From Octopus sinensis (Eukaryota), in assembly GCF_006345805.1 (NCBI RefSeq), contig NC_043009.1, positions 37,572,001 through 37,636,000 on the forward strand: 64,000 nucleotides of DNA, given 5' to 3'. A model generated the notes under the pieces. That model had not been told where the DNA came from, did not search any database, and saw only the letters and a program-made list of their open reading frames with translations. Below are positions 51,471 to 63,248 of the stretch, piece by piece. A program made the translations under genes and the position numbers. The number at the start of each line of letters is the position of its first letter. The stretch's first letter is position 1.

Positions 51471-51583
51471 GAATTTAGCAGCGCCACCTGTAACCGAACA
51501 CTTATTCTGTGCTGATGAAGGGAAATAACCTAGAAATCGCGATACTCGGATATTGTTTTGTGCTGAGTGGCGATGCTAAACTC
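51471..51583 (+). ncRNA. Type I hammerhead ribozyme motif with extended stem I (RBM26 intron 8)
   Basis: TCTGTG-CTGATGA-AGGGAAATAACCTA-GAAA-TCGCGA-TA-CTCGGA; outer arms TTTAGCAGCGCCAC (51474-51487) and GTGGCGATGCTAAA (51567-51580) complementary at 13/14. Confidence 0.7.
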
Positions 51584-53013
51584 CCTTGTTCGCAAATATA
51601 AGTTCACAGATAGCCAGCTGGAGACGATGTTTCCTGGGGCTAAATAAATAGCAGTAGCATTTACACTAACCAGGACTACCATGTTTTTTGGCAAATAATC
51701 TTTATGTAAATAGTGAATATACAGAAAAATCATTTGGAGGTCCTTTTCATCTTATTTAAGAGAAAGGAGTAAGTTTGACATGAAAAAAAAAAAATATGTG
51801 TTGGTGTATGTATATAAAAATTGTACAAAACAAGAATATAGCTAGAAAGGATTTATTCATAACATCTTCAAATGTAAAACATTTTTTAGAATTGATTCAG
51901 GCTTTGGGTTTTTGAGAGTACAGTACTTGAAGCATTAATTATTATTAACTGTTTTCTTTTCTTTATTCCTTCCCATTTTTAACTGTTTTTCTCCAATCTA
52001 AAAAGCACTTTCGTTACTTGTATTATAAATATTCATTCCTGCAATGTGATAGCATCTGTTAATGAACCAGAAAAAATTTTTTTTTAAACCCTACACATTC
52101 ATATACATGCATACACACTTATATACATCTGTGTATAAGGCAACTACTTTCAGCCAGTTATACTTTTAAAATCATCATTAGTTACTGAAGTCCCTCTTGT
52201 TTGTATACACTATATTTTATCATCATCATCATCATCATCATGTCAGTCTTCCATGCAAGCATGGGTTGAATGGTTGTCAAGAGCTGGCAAGTCAAGTCAG
52301 AGTACTGTGCCAGGTTCTACTGTCTGCTTTGGCATGGTTTTTATGGTTGGATGCCCTTCATAAAACCAACCACTCTACAATGTTTATCGAGTGCTTTTCA
52401 TGTGGCACCAGCAAGGTCACCTAGTAACTTGCAAGACAAAAACCCCTCAACTAAAGAAATGTAGTTTTGAGGGAGGTAGCTTTGTGCCAGGTGATGAGAA
52501 GTATAATAAAGGGACAAAAACAGGTGTCTTACTGTGGAAGAGAAACATGGCTACCCCAGTTTAAAAAGACAGGATATGGAGAGAGATGGTAGTGAAGATG
52601 TATTATAATTTTATGAATGTTTTATTTTGTGTATTATAATTTTAAGTACAATATATTTTATGCATTATGATTTTAAGTACATTTCATTTTATATATCTTA
52701 GGGTGGGCAGAAGAATTGATTACCTTTAACAAATATCGACTTTTTTTTTTTACTTTTTTTACAACTTCACTACTGTACTGCAAATATTTACAGTCAATTA
52801 CATTCATTCAAGTTTTGCAATAATACATAGCCCTCCTGTGTAATCTGTACTTAGCTTTGAAAATGGCTCTCAGGATTAAATTATTTTCAGATACTCAGAC
52901 TAGATGTCCAATATTGTAGAATTGTAGAAAACACCCCCAAGATAATCAAATATGTTGTCTGTCCTGTTACATATATTGATAATCTGTTTCCATTTTTGTT
53001 TTCCAATTTCAAG

Positions 53014-53193
53014 TCGAGTCTTACCAACCTGAGGGTTATAACCCTGAAGCTCCTGCTATTAATCCTCCTAGACCATCATTTTGGGTTGGCCCAAGAGGTG
53101 CCCCTCGTCCAAACCAACCTTTTTATTTACAGCCACCAAGACAGAGAGATCTTGTCAGTGTTCCGACAATTCCTGATATCTCAAAGCCACAAA
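53014..53193 (+). CDS. RBM26: RBM26/27 coding exon 9
   Basis: ESYQPEGYNPEAPAINPPRP... contains the family GYNPEAP motif; A|gttagt; phase 1 to 1. Confidence 0.88.
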
Positions 53194-53544
53194 GTTAGTA
53201 GAATCATTTTATTGTATTTTAGTTGTTGTTGTTTAGCTTGTGGACAGCCATGATTTAGGCTGCATAAGATCCAAAGACATTCCCACTGTGCTCATTTCGT
53301 TATATAAAAGCACTACTTGGTGTTCCCATTAACCATTTCATTGCCGTTATTGCTGGCTGAAATGTGTTTCAATTAAATTCTAAAATAATTTTGGATTAAG
53401 ACTAGTTTTGTAAATTTAAATATATTGATGTATTTTTTAGAACACATCTTAACAGAAGGGTTCTTAGATTAAATCTATTATGGAATTTTTGTTAATAAAA
53501 CTACTTCAGTTACTAGTAACAATAGCCTAATTAGTGACAAAAAA

Positions 53545-53761
53545 AGGTGGCGAGCTGGCAGAAACGTTAGCGTGGTGGGCAAAATGCTTAGCGGTATTTC
53601 ATCTGTCTTTATGTTCTGAGTTCAAATTCTGCCGAGGTCGAGTTTGCCGTTTATCCTTTTGGAGTTGATAAAGTATCTGTTGCGTACTGGGGTCGATCTA
53701 ATTGACTGGACCCCCTCCCCACAAATTTTGGGCCTTGTGCCTAGAGTAGGAAAAAAAAACA
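53545..53761 (+). mobile_element. SINE family A copy with 16-bp TSD
   Basis: AATTAGTGACAAAAAA at 53529-53544 and 53762-53777; poly-A tail. Confidence 0.8.
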
Positions 53762-54519
53762 AATTAGTGACAAAAAAGATAGATGAAAATTATACTGAGG
53801 CTTGTCATATGTCATCATCACTATCATCATCATCATACGTCTGTTTTCCATGCTCACATAAGTTAGATGAGTGGGGAGAGGTGGCTTTATGCCAGGTGTT
53901 GAGAGATTAAAGTATGGGGATATATTGCCAGTCTGTGTGTGTGTCTTCCCCTTATTTTGACATTTACATACTAATTGTAATCAGTCAAAATTCAAACAAG
54001 GAGTGTTGTTTGTGTGCAATCTTGCTTAAAAACATGTCTGGCCATTGAGCTGTTTGTTGTGCAAAGGATTAGGAGAAATATTACTTACCTGGAAATAAGT
54101 AAGGGTTGGTGACATGAAGAGCATCCAGCCTAAGAAACCTACCTTAACAAGCTTTGTTTGACCATTGCAAGCATAGAAAAGTGAACATTAGGATGGTGAG
54201 GATGATGATGTGGAATACCATTGAAATTAAGTTGGGAAAAGGGCAAATTCTGAATGTACAAATTTTAAACCATAACAGGTGTTTTTTACCTAATGAAATC
54301 CCATATTCTTGATTACTCTTTGATACAATTTACATTGGTATTTTCATTGAAATATGAATAGAAAAGTGTAGGTACTTTTATAACAAAAAAAAAAAAAAAT
54401 CCAAGAGTGGTTTTGAGTGATTTGGTAACAAAATAATTGACTGTTTTTTTTTGTTTTTATCATGATAGAAGCCAATATAAAATTTGTATAATGAATTATT
54501 TTTCTGTCTTTCTTTCTAG

Positions 54520-54681
54520 ATTTAGATAACAAGTCTTGTAATGTATCGGCTCCAGAGACTAATCGAACTGTGATCCCACCTAAACGAGACTTCATGTCTT
54601 CCAATAATGCTCACAAGCACCATTCTCCATCACAAATGCATCATTATCAGCAAAATAAAAATACCCAACCAAATCCCCCAG
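54520..54681 (+). CDS. RBM26: RBM26/27 coding exon 10
   Basis: LDNKSCNVSAPETNRTVIPPKRDF...NTQPNPP; ttctag acceptor (in-frame alternative at 54526), G|gtttgc. Confidence 0.75.
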
Positions 54682-55556
54682 GTTTGCTATTTTTCTAAAT
54701 GCCATATTTTTTAATTGAGACTGAATTGACAGAGTTGTTAAGTTTGGACAAAATGCATAGCAGTATTTAAATATGGCCCTTTAGTTTCTGTGTTCAGATT
54801 CAGCCAAGATGGTCTTTGTCTTTCATCCTGTCAGGGTTGATAAAATAAAGTACCGGTCAAATACTAGGGCCACTTTAATCAAGTAATCCCACCCCTCCAG
54901 TTTTGTGGCCTTGTGGCAGAATTGACGTACAAAATACCATATATTATTTACGTAGTGTGTTTGAATCCCTCCAAGGACAACTTTTGTTTTGCAGTCAATT
55001 TAGCCGATTACAATTAAGTTCCCTGCTATCAATTCACTATGAAGAAAGTTTACCGAGAAAATATATCCATAGTATCTCACCATTTATAGTTAAAAACTAT
55101 TTTATTTAAAAAAAAAAAATGACGAATTGATGACTGTGAACTTGCACTGTAATGAATTGATGATGGTGAACTTATCAGACATGATCCAACCAAATAATGG
55201 GGTTGATACAATTGACTGAACTCCTCTCCAATATTTGTTGCATTGCACCTATGTAAGAAATGATGACTTAGGTTTTTCCTCTGAGTGATTGCTGCTAACT
55301 TATGCCTGTTCCTTTAGTTGTGGTTGAACTGTGTTGAGTAGGTGTCCGTGCATATATGTGCATACATGTACGGGAAGAGTATCTGTATCATCATCATCTT
55401 TTGCAATGCTTTGGGCTCTTCATTTAATCTTGTTGCTTGAGATAGATAGCAAATACCAGATTTTACGAGGTAGTCATTAGGTTACCTAAGAGTATATATA
55501 TATATATATATATATATTTATTTATAATTAAAGAGGAATGTAAAAATATATTATGA

Positions 55557-55980
55557 AGGATAAGCTATGGACATATAAGAGGTGCAGCAATATCAAAGGA
55601 AGGCTACGTGGGAAGATAGTTTTTGTATGTGGCAGATGCTCAGGAGCAATAAACACTGAAAAAGTGCAGAGAACAACATCTGCCACATTGCAGGGAGAAA
55701 AACTAGAAGTAGTTGACAGCTTCTGTTAGTAGTGGGGGCGGATGCTCTGAAAGCGTAGCTGCTAGAATATGAATAACCTGGGCAAAGTTCAGAGAGTTCC
55801 TACCTCTGCTGGTGACAAAAGGCCTCTTAATCAGAGTAAAAGGTAAACTATAATGCATGTGTATGAACAGCCATGCTACATGGCAGTGAAACATGGGCCA
55901 TGACTGCTGAGGACATGTGTAAGCTTGCAAGGAATGAAGCCAGTATTCTCTGCTGGATGTGTAATGTCAGTGTATCAGAG
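55557..55980 (+). mobile_element. Degraded RTE LINE RT C-terminal fragment
   Basis: GEKLEVVDSF, GGCSESVAAR, WAKFRE.LPLL, AMLHGSETWAMT with frameshifts. Confidence 0.75.
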
Positions 55981-56142
55981 TGTAAGTTGATTCTATCGAC
56001 CCCCAGTACTTAACTGATAGTAATTATATCAACCCCCAAAAGGATGAAAGGCAAATTCGAACTCAAAACCTAATGGCAGACGAAATGCTGCTAAGCATTT
56101 TGCCCAGCATGCTAACAATTCTGCCAGCTTGCCACCTTAATA

Positions 56143-56515
56143 TCTAATATAATATAATAAATGTGAATGTCTGTGTGTTACACTTTTTCAACTTTACTCC
56201 TAGAGGCTGTAGCCCAACATATACCATTTTGGAATCAGGCTGACTGTGAGGAAATTAGAAACATTCCGGGCCAAATCCGGACCCACAATCTTGAAATTTT
56301 GGATTGCCAAGTTTTTCATTACTGTGATTGTTTTCGGCAATTTTTTTTATACAACTTTTTACAACAAATTTTTTGGTACAATAACAATTTTTATAATCTA
56401 AAGGCTAATTTTGTGAGTAAATTAAAAACATTCAGTCCGAATCCAGGCTTGCAATCCTGAAATTTTGGATTCCTATGTTTTCATTACTGTGATTGTTTTT
56501 GGCGATTTTTTTGTG
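56143..56515 (+). mobile_element. Possible non-autonomous Helitron-like fragment with an internal 54-bp direct repeat
   Basis: TCTAATATAATATAATAAATGTGAATGTCTGTGTG start; repeats at 56293-56347 and 56459-56512. Confidence 0.3.
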
Positions 56516-56976
56516 ATGAATATGATCATCATTTGGATATGACTCTGGAGGAAGCAATTACTATAAATTCTCCTGAACAAGTCAGAGATGTGTTTGCAGA
56601 TCTTCCCATTCGGGGTCAGTTGCTTAAAAGCCAGTTATGAATAAATCAGAATTATAATGGAGAGGGTTGCAAAAACCCTTGCATTTCTAGAAATAGCAGT
56701 CAAAACCACAATAAAGCACTCATATTCTATCTCTTCACAATAAAGCTGTTGGTGGGCAACATGACATAAAATTCAAAACTTGAGAATAAAAGATTAATTT
56801 TCTATTGCAATTTACAAGTTTTTGCAATCCTTTCCATTATAATTGTGATTTATTCATAATTATACACACTTTATATACATAGAGATAAATACAGTGTAAA
56901 AATTATTAAAAAATAATGATTTTTACCAGTGGTTAGCATGTGTCATTAAAAATCAGAAGCCATAAATATTTCTATA

Positions 56977-57125
56977 TAATAGTGCATAAGATTTTATACA
57001 CTGAGAGAAATCCACCATGCGGATTTCTTAGATGCTAAAAAGGGCAGTCAAGACCAATACCACAAAAAGAAAGATTCTTATGGATTTTGACTGCCTCTCC
57101 ATGTATAAAATCTTATGCACTATTA
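56977..57125. mobile_element. Short MITE with 24-bp TIRs
   Basis: TAATAGTGCATAAGATTTTATACA and its exact reverse complement; TA-rich flanks. Confidence 0.7.
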
Positions 57126-57364
57126 CATATATATATATCTGTCTGTCTGTGTGTGTGTATACACATCATACTGGATACTATATTAAGTTAGTCTGAGATA
57201 TGTACCTAACTCCCCCAAGTTGATTATTTTACCCTTGTTTTCCTTATTTTATTATTAAGACTGCATAAAAACAATTGTTAAAGTAGACAGTACTAATTAA
57301 TTAGTAGTTAATTAACAGTAGAATGTACGTCTTTTACATATATAACATTCCTTCTCATCTTTAG

Positions 57365-57498
57365 GTGCCTACAGCGGAAGACTGGTACCCAGGTACCTAA
57401 ATACTACACTTGAAGTACGTAAGATTCCCCGAGATCAGAATAATATTGCCAAATTGAATGAACATTTTGGAAAGTTTGGTGTTTTAAAAAATATTCAG
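57365..57498 (+). CDS. RBM26: RBM26/27 coding exon 11 (RRM1 first half)
   Basis: NTTLEVRKIPRDQNNIAKLNEHFGKFGVLKNIQ; tttag acceptor, gtaatt donor. Confidence 0.93.
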
Positions 57499-57574
57499 GT
57501 AATTTTTGGAAATAATTTTTTAAAAATTGTGTTAATATATTTTTCTTGCATTGTATACATATGTATGTAGAAGA

Positions 57575-58080
57575 AGCAGGTCAAGCAACTGAACTGCTTC
57601 TACCAGAGATGCCTTCACTCCATCATGGACATCACATAGAAGTAATACATCGCCAACAACAAAGTCCTCCAGCAAGCCAATGTCATAAGCATTGAACCCT
57701 TGTTGCTGCCTTAGCTCTGTTGGGCAGGCCACGTTTTTATGCATGGACAAATTCAGAATCCTGAAGGCTGTTTACAGTAAGCTCAGCCAGGGCAAAAGAG
57801 ACTGAGGAGCTCCCTCCCCAGGAAGCATTGAAAGGGTCAGCTGAGATGCCGGCTCACAGAGTTGGGTGTGGTATGACTGCATCCAGATAGTTGTTAGCAA
57901 CTTCAAGAAGGCCAGAGTAACTGCAGTAGATGGAAAATGCCAAAGACAAAGTCATAATCATGGTCCTCATCTGACCAAGGCCTACATATTTGCTGTTTGC
58001 CCCAAGGCACCAGAATCTGTCATTCATCTGAGGGCTTACCACTCTTCCTTGTAATCTTTGGACATGAAGAACTACTATGC
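57575..58080 (+). mobile_element. Degraded RTE (BovB-like) LINE 3' fragment
   Basis: QLNCFYQRCLHSIM, NKVLQQAN, WAGHV, SKLSQGKR motifs with stops. Confidence 0.6.
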
Positions 58081-58478
58081 CTATAAATTGCAGCTTGCTC
58101 ACGAACTGGCAATACACACACCTTGTGTATGTGTGTTCGATATTGTTTATGTTCCTCGGGCTGCTTCTCATTCATATTTGAATTTTTTTCCTTGGTATGA
58201 GACATTGGGACATACCAGCACATGGTTCTCACACCATTGTGCATATAGTCATAGCGAGGGATTTAGCTTACATCTGGCTTTGTTTTGGGTGTTGATAAGT
58301 CACAAAGATGACAAAACATTAATGTCTACCACATCTGCAACAGGACCTGGTGAGTTATCTTGCTTGTCTATGTTTTCTAGGTGTTTTTACGCATTGGCAA
58401 GAAAATTTTCTTGCCTATAAATCGCAGCCTGCCAATGAACTAGCAATACATGTACTTGGTATATGTGTGTTTGATATT

Positions 58479-58515
<37 letters not shown>

Positions 58516-59023
58516 TAGACTTAGGTTCCATACCATTAAGCTAATGAGAGAGGACTCCTCCAGCAATAGGATATTGGACTAAATACTGTAGTGTTCAGTT
58601 GCATCCATTAAAAAGCATTAATTAATTAATGGTAGTCACTCATCTGAGAAAGACGTTTCTGTAATTATTGCCGAACAATCTACACAGATTTGTTCATAGT
58701 GATCATATGTTTGTACTGCACATTAGCTCAAACCTTCCATCAGATTGACATTGCCTGTATAAGTGCATGGTGTACCACAAATCAGTTGTCGAAGTCACCA
58801 CAGAGCAACATGAGGTGAGGTGTTTTGGCACACACTGCTCTTTATGTATTATTGCTGCTCAAATAATGCATAACTGAGAGGGGCCCATCCTTATGGATTT
58901 TCTTGTAGTTTAAAGTGTATGTAGTATTTGTGGGTATGTATGTAAATTGTTTTATTTTGTAAGTTTTTGTTTTATGGTTGTAATTATCATTGTTTAATGT
59001 TTTTTTCTTTTTTGTTTCTTTAG

Positions 59024-59173
59024 GTATCATTTGAGAATGACCTGGAAGCTGCTTTAATAACATTTGCAAACCATACTCAGGCGAATGTGGCATATCGAAG
59101 TAGTGAACCTGTCTTTAATAATAGATTTATCAAAGTATTTTGGCACCGGGAAAAAGCACCTGAGCAAAAAGCT
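59024..59173 (+). CDS. RBM26: RBM26/27 coding exon 12 (RRM1 second half); gene continues right of the window
   Basis: VSFENDLEAALITFANHTQANVAYRSSEPVFNNRFIKVFWHREK; tttag acceptor, gtgagt donor. Confidence 0.94.
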
Positions 59174-60172
59174 GTGAGTACGATGATTTATAAAAAGGCT
59201 TTTCAGATTCAATAATAATAATAATAATAATTGGTTTTAAAGTTTGGCACAGGGCCAGAAGTTTTCAATGGGGTGGGGGGGCAGTTGATTTCATCGACTC
59301 CAGTACTTGACTGGTACTTATTTTATCAACCCCCGAAAGAATGAAAGGCAAAGTTAACCTTGACAGAATGTGAAGATGGATGAAATACTGCTAAACTTTT
59401 TGTCTATCATGCTAATGATTCTACCAGCTTGACACTTTAATAATAAAAATAATTATGGTTGCATATTTTGGCACATGGCCAGCAATTTTAGCAGTAGGAA
59501 GTTAGTTAATTACATTGATCCCTATGCTCAACTTGAACTTATTTTATCAAGTTGATAAAGGCAAAGTTGTCCTTGGTAAGCTTTGAACTCATAACGTAAA
59601 GAACCAGAAAAAGTACTGCTAAGCAGTTACTCTGCTACATTAATGATTCTGCTAGCTTACTACCTTAATAATCGTTATTTTGGTACAAGGCCAGCAATTT
59701 TGAAGGGTTGGGGAAGTCAATTACATGGACTTCAGAGCTCAAGTGGTACTTTATTGATCCTGAAATGATGAATGGCAGAGTTGAATTTGGCTGCATTTGA
59801 ACTCAGTATGCAAAGGGTTGGAAGAAATACTGCTAAGCATTTTCTCAGGTGTTGTAACCATTCTTCCTTAACAATAATAATAAGGATGATGAACATGGAC
59901 TGCATTCAATTAAATCAATCTCAGCAGTAATTAACCAATATTATTTCTTCAACTTTGTTTGTATTATGTGAGATATATATATATATATATAGTTGTCTGA
60001 ATGTTTGCATTGCATTTCCATGCTTGCATAGATCAAATGAGATTCATTCTATGACCAAATTCCTTTCCTGTTGACAAGAAAAATAGACCATTGTCTGCAG
60101 GATTAGAGTGTAATGTCTGTTCTAAACTATGGTTGTACTATATAGTTTAGCAACATTACTTTATGATGTATA

Positions 60173-60216
<44 letters not shown>

Positions 60217-60218
60217 CC

Positions 60219-62165
60219 GGAGTTCCGGAATTAGAAGCCTTCGAGAAAGACCTTTTCGAGCTTATTAGGAAAATTAAATTCCGCAAATATACCAACCAAT
60301 TGCAGACAAATATGAGAGAAAAAATTAAGGAGATTAACGACTCGAATAAGATCTTCGTTAATTCTGACAAGACAAGGAACTTATATGCACTTGATAAGGA
60401 CGTTTATAAACGCCTGATTTCGAATAGTGTCACGGACACATACAAAAAAGACAACACGAATATATACAGAGAGGTGAACTTAGAAGCAAGAGGAATAGCT
60501 AACGATCTTAAAATTAGCGATAGGATTGAATACCTTTCACCACGACCAGCTTTTATTACTCTGAAAGACCATAAAGCCAATTTTAGTAGAAACCCCAAAT
60601 GTAGATTGATAAATCCGGCTAAAACTGAGATAGGAATTGTTAGCAAAAATATTTTGGACCGTATTTTAGTTAAGTTAGATAGTGAAGTAGACTTGAGAAT
60701 TTGGAAGAATAGTAAGTCAGTTATAGAGTGGTTTAAAGGTATTAGCTATAAGAATAATTGTAGTTTCACACAATTCGACATTATTGACTTTTACCCGTCA
60801 ATATCTAGGACGTTGCTCCTAAGGGCATTGGACTTCGCCAAGCAGTATGTCAACATCGATAGCTCGGAAATTGAAATTATTATGCATGCGAGGAAATCGC
60901 TTCTTTTTTTCGAGGATTCCACCTGGATTAAGAAGACTGAGGATTCTCTTTTCGATGTACCGATGGGGGCATACGACAGGGCTGAATTATTTATGCTCAT
61001 AGGAGCCTTTATTCTCCATAATCTAAAAATAGAATTCCCATTTATAGATGCAGGTTTATATAGGGATGACGGCCTTATAGCCACGCATAATCTAAACGGC
61101 CATGAATCAGATAGACTTAGGAAGGACCTTATAGCTTTCTTTCAAAGGATGGGCTTACGGGTTACGATAGATGCTAACCTGAATAGTGTAGATTTTTTAG
61201 ACGTAAATTTTAATGTAAGATCGGATAGATTTAAACCTTTCCGTAAGCCCAATGAAAAGCTATCGTATATTAGCAAAGATTTGAACCATCCACCAGTTAT
61301 CCTTAGCAACTTAGTTAGCAATGTAGGTAGAAGAATATCTTCAATTTCTTCGGACGAGGCAGCATTCCATAATGCTGCACCTTATTACGATAGCGCATTA
61401 AAGAATAGTGGATTCTCGGAGAAGATCCAGTTCAACCAGCTTAATGCTAATAATAATGCTGCACGAAGAACTAGGACCAGGAAAGTTTTGTGGTTCAACC
61501 CGGCTTTCAATTTGGCCGTAAAGACTAATATAGGTAAGGAATTTTTGAGATTAGTCTCTAAGCATTTTAAGCAGGGTCATAAATTCTACAGAATATTTAA
61601 TAGATGAACCCTGAAGGTTAGCTATTCTTGTTGCAGAAATTTCGCCTCTTACATTAGCCAACATAATAGGAAGCTAATTGAGATTAGACATGGTGCCGAG
61701 CCCATTAAGAAATGTAATTGCAAAAATGAAAGCTCCTGTCCGTTAGAAGGGAAATGTCTAGTGAAAGGAGTAGTTTATAGAGCCAAGGTGCAAGTGGAAG
61801 GCTCATCGGAATACAAGACATACACAGGGGCTTCAGAAAATTCATTTAAAACAAGATCTTATTCTCATAAAAATTCATTTAAATACCCAGAGAATAGGAA
61901 GAAAACCAGCCTAGCAAAATATGTCTGGGAACTAAAAGAAAAGGAAGCCCCACCTTTCAACGTGACATGGAGCATTCTGGACAGGGCGGCACCATACAGG
62001 CATGGAGCTTACAAAAATAATTTCAAGTGCAGACTTTGTCTATTAGAAAAAATGTACATCTTATTCAAAGACAATAATTCTTTGAATCAAAGAAGTGAGT
62101 TAATGAACTTATGTAGGCACGCGGCTAAATTTAAAATGTCGAATATAAATATACCATATGGATAG
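60219..62165 (+). pseudogene. Penelope-like RT-endonuclease ORF interrupted by one in-frame TGA (61605-61607)
   Basis: Track ORFs 60129..61607 and 61761..62165 share a frame, and the 51 intervening codons are open (TLKVSYSCCRNF...CPLEGKCL). Confidence 0.88.
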
Positions 62166-63198
62166 AGTATATATTTTGTATTTTGATTTTGATTTTGACT
62201 CTTAAACGATGAGCGCTACGATGGATTTTGTTTCCAAGGAATGCGGATCTTAATCCGTATAGCAAAGTCTTATGTTTCTACATATATATTAGGAAAAACC
62301 TACAAACTTTGTTTTCATGTTATTGTATTGCATAGGATTACCTTGATTATTATATTACCTTGATTATTTATAAATGACCCAAAATAGGATGTTATATTTT
62401 ATTTTATATGTCTTTCGTATATATTTTTATTAATGCACCCATTTTTTAAAAGCAATGTTTTTTAAAAAAAAGCAATGTTGTCAAAATTAGAATGTTTATA
62501 TAAGTATGTGTATAGCAAAGCATATGTATTTGTAAGCATGCGTATCTGTGTATGTGTAAGTGAAAGTATGTTTGTGCTTAAGCACACGTATACACGACGG
62601 TATGTATATGTATCCATTCAAACTTGTGTATGTATACTGGTCTCTATAGATGCCAATAGCATCGTTACACTGCTTGTATACATAAGTTTTTTTCCCCACC
62701 CCTCCTTCGTTCCTTTTTCTCTCTTTCCCTTTCTTTCGTTCCCCCTCCTTGCTCAGTATATGAGAATTGCTACATAGATGAATTTTAGCTTGCGTGCGAG
62801 ACGGTTTGCGTGAATATATGTACACATGCTTTTATGTGTATATTTAGATTCATATTCATACGTCTGTATATGTATGTATGGCGTTTATGCGCATCCTTTT
62901 GTGTATGCTGATATATATATGTAGATTTTAATATAAATATGTATTGCAGTATTTATAACAGGTTTAATTTCTATGCATTAATTTGCACTGTCTTCATTAA
63001 CGTCAATAGGTTTTTTCCTCGGATTTTATAATTTTTATAAGTTTTTTTATATATATATACATATATTTTTGACCTTTTTGTTTATCGCTCGAAGATTGAC
63101 CGTTTTTTCTAAAGGGCCAATCAAACAAGTCCATTTCTTTTTAAAGGTGTAGCGTTTGTAAGAGTATAGATTGAATTGATATATCAGTTCCATTCTAG

Positions 63199-63248
63199 CA
63201 AAAACTGTCTGATGAACGGCAACGAGAAACTCAGAGTAACAGATTTTG
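63199..63248 (+). ncRNA. Type I hammerhead ribozyme motif in the Penelope 3' terminal repeat
   Basis: CAAAAACTGT-CTGATGA-ACG GCAA CGA-GAAA-CTC A GAG-TA-ACAGATTTTG: stem I 9/10 paired, intact core, palindromic stem III. Confidence 0.75.

Noticed and set aside
62200-62270. Hairpin after the Penelope stop codon as a SECIS or second ribozyme
   Set aside because: ATGA is present, but there is no correctly placed AA loop or 3' GA, and no CTGATGA/GAAA core.
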